Shown piece after piece: positions 5,883 to 13,345 of a DNA stretch of 26,060 nt; within the stretch, counting starts at the first letter, position 1, and every line of letters begins with the position of its first letter. The DNA lies in the IMG/VR virus record IMGVR_UViG_3300035109_000054, positions 1-26,060 of that record; one strand, 5' to 3'. A program made the translations under genes and the position numbers. Origin of the DNA: a virus. Its lineage: Duplodnaviria; Caudoviricetes. The notes below the pieces were generated by a model. That model worked only from the letters and a program-made list of their open reading frames with translations, was not told the origin of the DNA and did no database searches.

Positions 5883-6874
5883 GCCAGTTGCTGCGCTACG
5901 ATGTCGCGCGGGCGGCGCTGGCCGAGGCGCATCGGATCGATGAAGCCAAGGACATTCGCGACAAGGCGGTGGCGCTGCGGGCCTATGCCGCGCAAGCCAA
6001 GGATGGCGAGATGATCGGCTGGGCGACCGATATTCGGTTGCGGGCGGAACGGCGCGCCGGCGAGCTGTTGCGCGACATGGCCGAAAAGGGCGAGCGCGAT
6101 CGCGGACGCGGCGACCGTAGAGCGGAATCGCGGGCTGCTATTCCGCGACTTGCCGATCTCGGCGTCTCTGCTTCGCAATCGTCGCGTTGGCAAAAGCTCG
6201 CGGCGTTGGATCAAGACGAATTCGAGGCGCGCGCGGAAAACGCCAAGCGCGAGGCGGTTCGCTCGGTCGACGCGCCGGCGGCTGAGCGCACGCGCGAAAA
6301 ACAGGAAAAGCGCGAGGCGCGCGAGCGCGAACTGGCGGTCAATCAGCGCGCGTTACCGGAGCGGCGCTATGGCGTGATTCTGGCCGATCCGGAATGGCGG
6401 TTCGAGCCATATTCGCGCGTCACCGGCATGGATCGCGCGCCGGAAAATCATTATCCGACGACGGACACCACGGGGATCGCCGCGCGCGATGTCGAATCCA
6501 TCGCGGCGGATGATTGCGTGCTGTTCCTGTGGGCGACGGCGCCGATGCTGGAAGACGGGCTGCGCGTGCTGCGCGCCTGGGGCTTTCTCTACAAATCGCA
6601 TTTCATCTGGAACAAGAACCGCATCGGCATGGGCTATTGGAACCGCAACAAGCATGAGTTGTTGCTGGTCGGCGTTCGCGGCGACATTCCCGCGCCAGCG
6701 CCCGGAACGCAATGGGATTCGGTGATCGATGCGGCGCTCGGCGAACATTCGGCCAAGCCCGAAGTCTTTCTCGAATTGATCGAAAGCTATTTCCCGAACC
6801 TGCCGAAGATCGAACTGAATCGCCGCGGGCCCGCGCGGGTGGGCTGGGATGCGTGGGGGCTTGAGGCGGAATGA
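5879..6874 (+). CDS. MT-A70 family adenine methyltransferase with N-terminal helical domain
   Basis: YGVILADPEW, NHYPT, DCVLFLWAT, AWGFLYKSHFIWNK, GMGYWNRNKHELLLVG, HSAKPE, KIELNRR. GTG at 5879 with GGAGG SD. Confidence 0.92.
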   Translation: MSQLLRYDVARAALAEAHRIDEAKDIRDKAVALRAYAAQAKDGEMIGWATDIRLRAERRAGELLRDMAEKGERDRGRGDRRAESRAAIPRLADLGVSASQSSRWQKLAALDQDEFEARAENAKREAVRSVDAPAAERTREKQEKREARERELAVNQRALPERRYGVILADPEWRFEPYSRVTGMDRAPENHYPTTDTTGIAARDVESIAADDCVLFLWATAPMLEDGLRVLRAWGFLYKSHFIWNKNRIGMGYWNRNKHELLLVGVRGDIPAPAPGTQWDSVIDAALGEHSAKPEVFLELIESYFPNLPKIELNRRGPARVGWDAWGLEAE

Positions 6875-7398
6875 GCGTCAGCGTTCGCCATGTTTCGCTG
6901 ACCGAACAAGCCGGCGCTGTCGATCGCGCTCGGCGCGTGGTCAGCGGCGTCGCGCGGGTTTCGCCGCGCGCGATCGAGCGCGATTATGATTGCGAGGCGC
7001 TGGACGCCGCGCTGCGCACGCTCAACTGGCTGCGCGCGCATGAAGGCGAGATACGCGCGGCGATCGCGAGGCCGCGCCGGCCCTCGGACGAAGCGGCGCC
7101 CGAGCGCGATCAAGATTTGCCGGAGCGTGAGGAAAAGCGCCGGTTCGACGAAATGCCGCTCGGAACGCAATCGGCGCTGCGGTGTCGCGCCGCGGCATTT
7201 CAAAAGTTCATCGGCGCGGGCGATTCGCAAACGGCGGCGGCGGCGGTTCGGCGCGAATGCGGCGTCGACAGCCGCGCGCAATTCGATCGCGACAATGAGG
7301 CCGCCAAGCGCTGGCGCGCGTTGGACGGCCGGTTTCGCGCATGGCTGGAGTGCGTCGATGACGCGACGGGAGCGGATGCGCGCGAGGGGGCGACGTGA
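6871..7398 (+). CDS. Hypothetical phage protein
   Basis: Coupled overlaps at both ends. AAAAVRRECGVDSRAQFD..AAKRW motif. Confidence 0.7.
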   Translation: MSVSVRHVSLTEQAGAVDRARRVVSGVARVSPRAIERDYDCEALDAALRTLNWLRAHEGEIRAAIARPRRPSDEAAPERDQDLPEREEKRRFDEMPLGTQSALRCRAAAFQKFIGAGDSQTAAAAVRRECGVDSRAQFDRDNEAAKRWRALDGRFRAWLECVDDATGADAREGAT

Positions 7399-7772
7399 GC
7401 GACGGCGGCGCTAACACTCAGCCGAGAAAGACCGCCAGCGCGCTTGACGAATTAATGGCGATCGTCACGCATCCGGCGTTTCGAATTGGCTTTCTCGACT
7501 ACCAAGCCGGGCGCGGTCTCGATCACGACGACATCATGCGGCGCGTGCGTGAGGAAACGCCGGCGAGCGCGCTTGAGGGGCGTTGGAGCCCAGACTATTG
7601 GGACGCCGAAGATATCGCGTTCGCGCAAATTCGCTACGAGGAAGGCCGGCGCTGCGCCGCCAATGGCGCGCGGTGCAAGAGCTGGAATCACCCGTCTTAT
7701 CCGCCCGTGCAAGTTCGCCGGCAGATTGAAGGACTGGCGCAAAAGCGCGGTGAAGCGAGGGCGGCGGAATGA
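7395..7772 (+). CDS. Hypothetical phage protein
   Basis: GTGA and ATGA overlaps with neighbours, GAGG SD. Confidence 0.68.
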   Translation: MSDGGANTQPRKTASALDELMAIVTHPAFRIGFLDYQAGRGLDHDDIMRRVREETPASALEGRWSPDYWDAEDIAFAQIRYEEGRRCAANGARCKSWNHPSYPPVQVRRQIEGLAQKRGEARAAE

Positions 7773-8074
7773 GCGCCGCCAAACTCATGCGCGAGCCGGG
7801 CGGCGTGGTGCGTTGGGCCGCGCCGATGCGGTGGGACGGCGACGATTATCTGTTGTCGTGGACGTTCGAGGGCGACGCCTGCCGCATCTTCGTCGACGAA
7901 GCGACCACGCCGCACGCCCAGGCGCCGCGCGTCGCCGCGCTGATTGGATTTTTGCTGACGTTCATTCAATTGCGCGGCGGCTATTCGTTCGCGCGGCTTT
8001 GCGAAAAACCGCCCGGCGCGTTCGCCGCGCATATTTGCGCCGAGATTCAAAAACACATGCGGAGCGCGGGATGA
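7769..8074 (+). CDS. Hypothetical phage protein
   Basis: ATGA overlaps at both ends. Confidence 0.62.
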   Translation: MSAAKLMREPGGVVRWAAPMRWDGDDYLLSWTFEGDACRIFVDEATTPHAQAPRVAALIGFLLTFIQLRGGYSFARLCEKPPGAFAAHICAEIQKHMRSAG

Positions 8075-8646
8075 GCAAGCCGAAGTCGAAGCGCGAGCTT
8101 CTGCTGATCACGGTCGACGACCCGGAGATTGACGAAATCGCCCGCGGTTCGTCGCTCGCGCCGCGTCGGATCGCGGCGGTCAATTCGCGTGTCGACATCA
8201 TCGAATATGAATTTCGGCGCGGACGCCTGTCGCGCGAGGCATATCGTTGCGCGCGGGCGCTCGATCATCTGTTCGATCATACCGAAGGCAAGCATACCCG
8301 CGTCGTTCCGTTCGAGCCGCGACCAAAATATTTTGCCTCCGGCTCGGACCATAAAATGGCGGCGCGATTCGATGCGGCGGCGCGCTTCGCGCACCTTTTG
8401 GAAGCGATCGAAGGCGCGATCGGGGATGATGCGGCGCGGCTGCTTTTTCTGATCATCGGGCGCGGGTTGTCGTTTCGCGCGCTGGTGCGGATGCGGTCGG
8501 CGCAAGTCCCGGCGAAACCCGGAAAGGGGCGCGATCGCGAGCGCGAGGCGGCGTTGGTCGGCCGCGAGTTTCGCGCCGCGTTGGAGCGGCTTTCGCAGCG
8601 CGATGGTCAATTTGGCAAATCGCTCATCTCATGGAGCGCGGAATGA
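8071..8646 (+). CDS. Putative transcriptional regulator (DUF6456-like, C-terminal HTH)
   Basis: ATG at 8071. RGRLSREAYRCA and LLFLIIGRGLSFRAL...FRAALERL layout typical of alphaproteobacterial prophage late-regulator-like proteins. Confidence 0.55.
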   Translation: MSKPKSKRELLLITVDDPEIDEIARGSSLAPRRIAAVNSRVDIIEYEFRRGRLSREAYRCARALDHLFDHTEGKHTRVVPFEPRPKYFASGSDHKMAARFDAAARFAHLLEAIEGAIGDDAARLLFLIIGRGLSFRALVRMRSAQVPAKPGKGRDREREAALVGREFRAALERLSQRDGQFGKSLISWSAE

Positions 8647-9692
8647 GCATAGAAGCGCTCAATTGGGCTTTTTCGCGCAAGGAGATTTCGCCGTCGGCGA
8701 AGATCGTGCTGCTGTCGCTGGCCAATTTCGCCAATGAACTCGGCGAGAGCTTCCCGTCGCAACGGGTGCTCGGCGAGCAAAGCTGCCAGTCCGAGGACAG
8801 CGTGCAGCGGCGAATAAGGGAGCTTTCCGACCAAGACTATCTTTTCCGCGTCAAGCGTAAAACCCCGCAAGGGACAAGATTAACCGACCTCTATATTTTG
8901 CTGTTCGACGCCAAGTCGCGCGCCCATGCAATCGCGCATGGCTGGCAATCCGGCGCGGTCGCCGACTGTTCGTTAGAAAGAACGGATGGCGAGAACGCCC
9001 AGGTTGGCGAGAACAGCCATGCCGCAGATTGCGGTATGGCTGGCGAGAAACCCGAGGTTGGCGAGAAAAACCATGCCGCAACGGCGACGAAACCATGCCG
9101 CAACGGCGACGAAACCATACCGCAACTGTGCGGTGTAGAACCAACAGTTAACCATCAAAGAACCTTTTCTCCCCTACCCCTCAAGCCGTCGGAGCCCGAT
9201 CGCGTCCTCGAGGGGGGCGCTTCGCTCGAATCGGAGAAACGCGCCGAATCGGCGCTGGCCGCCTGGGAACGGTTCAGGCGGGTGTGGACGTTCGATCCGA
9301 CCGAACTCCCCGAAGCGGCGCGCCGCGAGTTCTTTCGGCTCTCCAGCGAGGATCGCGACAAGGCGGTCGCCAAGGCCGGCGATTATCTCGGCGAGTGCCG
9401 CCGGCGGCTGCGCAAGGTGGCGCACGCCAAGACATGGCTCGCCAATAAGGGCTGGCAGGCGTTCGAGGTCGGGATCGGGCCTAGCGTCGTCGCCAAGGTG
9501 ACGGGAAGCCAGCGGCGCCCGGACGGGGCCTGGTCGATTTACGAGGGAGGTCCGCAAGCGGCGGCTTGGGCCGATCACCTCGCGAGGATGGGCATGCCGC
9601 CGCTGAAATTCATTCGGGGCAACAGCGGGCCGGGGTTCTGTTCGCGTCCGAGCGAATGGCCGCCGCCGGCGGCGCGGGAAAAGGCGGGTTAG
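8643..9692 (+). CDS. Replication initiator (N-terminal HTH_36-like winged helix, lambda O analogue)
   Basis: MSIEALNWAF..SAKIVLLSLANFANELGESFPSQRVLGE..SEDSVQRRIREL, a central repeat-rich linker, and C-terminal HAKTWL..KGW. Confidence 0.85.
   Translation: MSIEALNWAFSRKEISPSAKIVLLSLANFANELGESFPSQRVLGEQSCQSEDSVQRRIRELSDQDYLFRVKRKTPQGTRLTDLYILLFDAKSRAHAIAHGWQSGAVADCSLERTDGENAQVGENSHAADCGMAGEKPEVGEKNHAATATKPCRNGDETIPQLCGVEPTVNHQRTFSPLPLKPSEPDRVLEGGASLESEKRAESALAAWERFRRVWTFDPTELPEAARREFFRLSSEDRDKAVAKAGDYLGECRRRLRKVAHAKTWLANKGWQAFEVGIGPSVVAKVTGSQRRPDGAWSIYEGGPQAAAWADHLARMGMPPLKFIRGNSGPGFCSRPSEWPPPAAREKAG
8988..9135. repeat. Iteron-like array inside the initiator gene, probable origin
   Basis: AACCATGCCGCAACGGCGACGA twice (9069-9112) plus partial AACCATACCGCAAC (9113-9126). 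Inverted pair CCATGCCGCA-GAT-TGCGGTATGG (9017-9039). Four GGCGAGAA copies. Confidence 0.75.
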
Positions 9693-9738
9693 GTGTATGG
9701 GTGGCTGCGTTTTTCCAAGGGGTTTCGAGGGGCGCAAG

Positions 9739-10389
9739 ATGCGGAAAAATGGCAATCGTGAGAATTGGAAGTGGTTTGTGATCGAGACGTTTCCCGGCAA
9801 GGACGAGCTGTTCGATCAGCGGGCGCATGTGATCGGCCTCGTCTCGTTTCGGCCGGTCGAGGTGATTCGCGTCAGGCGCAACGGGGCTTCGTGCCGCGAC
9901 ATCGATCCCGCGACCGGGATGCAGCGCGGCGAGAAGCGGCGCGAGCGCGTCGTGCCGCTGTTCGGCAGATATGTGTTCCTAAACCTTGAAATGACGGAGG
10001 AAACGCGCCGCGCGGTGTTGCGGCTTAGCGTCAATGACGTGCCGTTGGCGCGGCGGTGGCTGTGCTACGCCGGAACCGACGAACCGGCGCAAGTGCCGAC
10101 GGATATTATCGAAATGCTCGATGCGCCGATCTCGCGGGAGCAGGCGGAGGCTGGCGCGGCGTTTTCCTATCGAACTGGGCAGCGCGTTGTAATCGTTATG
10201 GGAAGCTTCACGGGCATCGAGGGCGCGGTGAAGGAGTTTGACAAGCGCGGAAATCTGGTCGTAGAAATCGAGTTGCTAGGTCGCGCTACACCACTGCCCC
10301 TCAAAGTAGCGCATGTGCGTCCCCGTTCGTCAGAGGCCGAGCCTTCGGCGGGTCGCGCATCGGACAGCCTCCTGAGCCAAACGGCTTAA
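9739..10389 (+). CDS. NusG-family transcription antiterminator (NGN + KOW)
   Basis: WFVIETFPGKD, PLFGRYVFL, KOW GQRVVIVMGSFTGIEGAV, VEIELLGRATP. An alternative start exists at 9697. Confidence 0.9.
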   Translation: MRKNGNRENWKWFVIETFPGKDELFDQRAHVIGLVSFRPVEVIRVRRNGASCRDIDPATGMQRGEKRRERVVPLFGRYVFLNLEMTEETRRAVLRLSVNDVPLARRWLCYAGTDEPAQVPTDIIEMLDAPISREQAEAGAAFSYRTGQRVVIVMGSFTGIEGAVKEFDKRGNLVVEIELLGRATPLPLKVAHVRPRSSEAEPSAGRASDSLLSQTA

Positions 10390-10430
10390 GCGGGCGGGTG
10401 CGAAGCTATTCAGGTTTGCCATCGGGATGG

Positions 10431-10468
10431 CCCCGGCGCGTGTGGTGACGCGCCGGGGTTTTCGTTTT
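10431..10468 (+). terminator. Intrinsic terminator between early and late regions
   Basis: CCCCGGCGCGT-GTGGTG-ACGCGCCGGGG followed by TTTTCGTTTT. Confidence 0.8.
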
Positions 10469-10492
10469 CGCGGGGCGCGTGGGGCGGGCGGC

Positions 10493-10810
10493 ATGGCTCT
10501 CAAGACGCTTGGGCCAAGGCTCTCGGCCGCTCCCCGCTCGCGCATCGCGCGGCTGCCGTCGGAAGGCGGCAAGAACGCGGCGGTCTACCAGTCGCCGGAA
10601 TGGCGCGCCTTCGTCGGCGAGATCAAGCGCGAACGCGGATGCCGCTGCGAGGATTGCGGCGAGACCGAGGGGCGCATCCAAGGCGACCACATCATCGAAA
10701 TCGAAGACGGCGGGGCGGTGTTCGACAAGGCCAACGTCCGCCTACGCTGCACCCCCTGCGCCAACCCCAAGACGGCGCGAGAACGCCGCGCAAGAATGGA
10801 ACATGGGTGA
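10493..10810 (+). CDS. Packaging-associated HNH endonuclease (HK97 gp74-like)
   Basis: YQSPEWR, CEDC, DHIIEIEDGG, N..LRCTPC..KT, located immediately upstream of terS. Confidence 0.85.
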   Translation: MALKTLGPRLSAAPRSRIARLPSEGGKNAAVYQSPEWRAFVGEIKRERGCRCEDCGETEGRIQGDHIIEIEDGGAVFDKANVRLRCTPCANPKTARERRARMEHG

Positions 10811-10859
10811 CGCCTGTAATCGGCTGACCTCGTGGCGGCCGGCACGTTGATTTATGTCA

Positions 10860-10960
10860 ACGGGGTATGGGGTTAGATTTAGCAAATCGGCAAATTACTG
10901 CAATCGGGCACACACCAAGCCAGAGATTTTTTGGGCTTGAAATCCTTGAGAAACTTTTTT
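10860..10960. other. Probable cos packaging region
   Basis: AT-rich non-coding gap between HNH and terS beginning GGGGTATGGGG and containing AGAGATTTTTT. Assignment rests on position; the cut site cannot be determined. Confidence 0.5.
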
Positions 10961-10973
10961 GCCGGAGGGGCGG

Positions 10974-11450
10974 ATGGCCAGAGGGGCGCGTAAATCACCG
11001 AGCATTTCGCCCGACTGGCTGAAGTCGCGGGTGGCGCGCGCTTTGTGGGCGAAGCTTCACGCCGATCTCGACTCCGCGCGGTTTCTGGCGCGCACGGATC
11101 ACGCGGCGCTGGGCCGCTATTGCCAGTATCTCGCCGAGTGGATCAGCTTCACCCGCATCCTCGAAAAGGAAGGCATGACCTACGTGACCTCCTCGGAGCA
11201 TGTCGAGAACATGGTCCGCGCCCGCCCCGAGGTCCGCTTCCGCGACAAGTGCGAGACCAACCTTCAGTCTCTTGAGAACGTGCTCGGCCTCAACCCGCGG
11301 TTTCGCTTCGCGCTGACGACCGCGCTGTTGTCGCAGCAGGCCGGGCTCGCCCCTCCGCCCGCCGAGCTACCGCTCGACGCCCCGGCCCAGCCGGGCGACG
11401 CCGCGTCGGAGTGGGAGCGCCTGCTCGCCGGCTCCGCGACCGCGCAATGA
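10974..11450 (+). CDS. terS: Terminase small subunit, P27 family
   Basis: PDWL..ARALW, DHAALGRYC, ILEKEG, RPEV, LGLNPRFR. GGAGG SD. Confidence 0.87.
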   Translation: MARGARKSPSISPDWLKSRVARALWAKLHADLDSARFLARTDHAALGRYCQYLAEWISFTRILEKEGMTYVTSSEHVENMVRARPEVRFRDKCETNLQSLENVLGLNPRFRFALTTALLSQQAGLAPPPAELPLDAPAQPGDAASEWERLLAGSATAQ

Positions 11451-12145
11451 CGGCGCCGCGACGGATCGAGCGGCTCTCCGACGGCGTGACGCTCCACCTC
11501 GCCGATTGCCGCGAGATTTTGCCGACGCTCGGCCGCGTCGATGCGGTTGTGACCGACCCGCCTTATGGAATTTCCGCCGTCGCGCGCGGCGAGATCGGAT
11601 CGGGCGGAAAGCTTCCCTCGCGCAAGTTCGAGCGCTCGGATTGGGACAACCAAACCGCCGATCAAGCCGTCGCCATGGCGATAAAGCTCGCGCGCCACGC
11701 GATCATCTTCGGCGGCAATTATTACGCCCTTCCGCCCTCCTCTTGCTGGCTCGTCTGGGACAAGCTCAACACCGGCGACTTCGCCGATTGCGAGCTGGCC
11801 TGGACCAATCTTCGCAAGGCCGTCCGCCGCATTCAGTTCCGCTGGAACGGCATGATCCGCCAGAACAACGAACCGCGCGGCGACCATCCGACACAAAAGC
11901 CGCTCGGCGTCATGCGCTGGTGCATTCAGCATTTGCCAGATGACGCCCGCACCATCCTCGACCCCTTCATGGGCTCCGGCACGACCGGAGTCGCCGCCGT
12001 GTCGCTCGGCCGCAAATTCATCGGGATCGAGATCGAGGAAAAATACTTCGACATCGCCCGCCGCCGGATCGCCGCCGAACTCGCCCGCCCGCGGCTGGAC
12101 CTCGAACCGCCCGCCGCGCCGCCGAAACAAATCGCGCTGCTGTGA
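11447..12145 (+). CDS. N6-adenine/N4-cytosine DNA methyltransferase (beta-type motif order)
   Basis: [37 protein letters not shown]. Confidence 0.93.
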   Translation: MTAPRRIERLSDGVTLHLADCREILPTLGRVDAVVTDPPYGISAVARGEIGSGGKLPSRKFERSDWDNQTADQAVAMAIKLARHAIIFGGNYYALPPSSCWLVWDKLNTGDFADCELAWTNLRKAVRRIQFRWNGMIRQNNEPRGDHPTQKPLGVMRWCIQHLPDDARTILDPFMGSGTTGVAAVSLGRKFIGIEIEEKYFDIARRRIAAELARPRLDLEPPAAPPKQIALL

Positions 12146-12180
12146 CCCGCGCCGCGACCGCCCGCCCCGGAGGCCAGCCC

Positions 12181-12420
12181 ATGACAAGCGCCACGGTCGA
12201 CGGCGGCCATCTCAAATCCTTCATCGAGCGCATCGAAAAGCTCGAAGAGGAAAAGGGCGCCATCGCCGACGACATCAAGCATGTCTACGGCGAGGCCAAG
12301 GGCAACGGCTTCGACCCCAAGATCATGCGCAAGATCGTCTCACTGCGCCGCCAGGACAAGGCCGAGCGCGAGGATGAGGCCGAACTGCTCGGCCTCTATC
12401 TCGCGGCGCTCGGCATGTGA
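12181..12420 (+). CDS. gapR: GapR-like (DUF2312) nucleoid-associated DNA-binding protein
   Basis: [49 protein letters not shown]...[15 protein letters not shown]. Confidence 0.92.
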   Translation: MTSATVDGGHLKSFIERIEKLEEEKGAIADDIKHVYGEAKGNGFDPKIMRKIVSLRRQDKAEREDEAELLGLYLAALGM

Positions 12421-12436
12421 GCGCAGCCGGTTCGCC

Positions 12437-12589
12437 ATGCCCTATCGATGGTTCGCCTACGTCCTCCATTCGCTGCGCGCCGATTACGAGCGCGCCGGCT
12501 GGACCTTCTCCGCCGAACTCCGCCTGCCGCACGCGCGCTATTCCGTGCTGATGGAATGGACCGGCGAAGGCGATCCGCCCCGGCCATGA
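12437..12589 (+). CDS. Small hypothetical protein (50 aa)
   Basis: MPYRWFAYVLH..YERAGW..HARYSVLMEW. Fills the gap in the operon. Confidence 0.55.
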   Translation: MPYRWFAYVLHSLRADYERAGWTFSAELRLPHARYSVLMEWTGEGDPPRP

Positions 12590-12602
12590 ACGAGGATTCT
12601 CA

Positions 12603-13058
12603 ATGTCAAACGGCACGCTTTACTGCCTTTTCGCGAACGGGCCGACTTGGGACGGCGACATCCCGTCGAAATGCGAGCGCGGCGAGCTTATTGATCGCGG
12701 CGAGGCGGTTCGTATCGACGGCTGGACAACGCTCACGCAAAAAGGCCTTGAGGCTAGCCTCGCCTTGGGCTTCGGCGCGCGTAAGGAAAAGCGAGATCGC
12801 GATCGCGCGAGGGCGGCGAGCGAGCAGTTCATCCTCGAGAAAGCCATCGATCGGATGGGCTGGGAGGAAATCAACGCCTTCAACGAGCAGCTCGCGCGCG
12901 GGCAAGGCGTTTACGAAGACGCTGGCGGATTTTTCCTCCGCGCGATCAAATACCTTTTCGGGATCAAGCCGAAGATAACGGTTCTCACCTATCAGGACGC
13001 CGCGCGCGCCCTGCTTAAGGAAGCCGGCGCTAACCTGTCTTCCGGCCTGGCGAAATAA
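12603..13058 (+). CDS. Hypothetical protein
   Basis: GAGGA SD, 151 aa, codon usage visibly less C-rich than its neighbours. Confidence 0.65.
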   Translation: MSNGTLYCLFANGPTWDGDIPSKCERGELIDRGEAVRIDGWTTLTQKGLEASLALGFGARKEKRDRDRARAASEQFILEKAIDRMGWEEINAFNEQLARGQGVYEDAGGFFLRAIKYLFGIKPKITVLTYQDAARALLKEAGANLSSGLAK

Positions 13059-13096
13059 GGCTTCCACGCCGCGACCACGAGCGCAAAAGGCTTCTT

Positions 13097-13345
13097 ATGA
13101 TCATCGACTCCCTCTGGCGCGCCTTCGCCGCCGAATTCGTCCCGGCCGACATGCCCGACGACGCCCGCGAGTCCGCCAAAACCTGCTTCTACGCCGGCAC
13201 CGACGCGCTGTTCGCCGAACTCACCACGACGCTCGGCCCCGGCGAACAACCGACCGAGGCCGACATGGCGACGATGGGCTCCATCCAGCAGGAGCTGACG
13301 GCCTTCTTCGGCGAAGACGCCCCCGCCCCCGCCACCCCGCACTAA
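13097..13345 (+). CDS. Hypothetical acidic protein
   Basis: 82 aa with strong GC3 bias. Its stop directly abuts the terL ATG. Confidence 0.72.
   Translation: MIIDSLWRAFAAEFVPADMPDDARESAKTCFYAGTDALFAELTTTLGPGEQPTEADMATMGSIQQELTAFFGEDAPAPATPH

Noticed and set aside
11447-13058. Restriction-modification or toxin-antitoxin system around the methyltransferase
   Set aside because: No nuclease or toxin motifs are recognisable in the neighbouring ORFs, and orphan methyltransferases are common in temperate phages.
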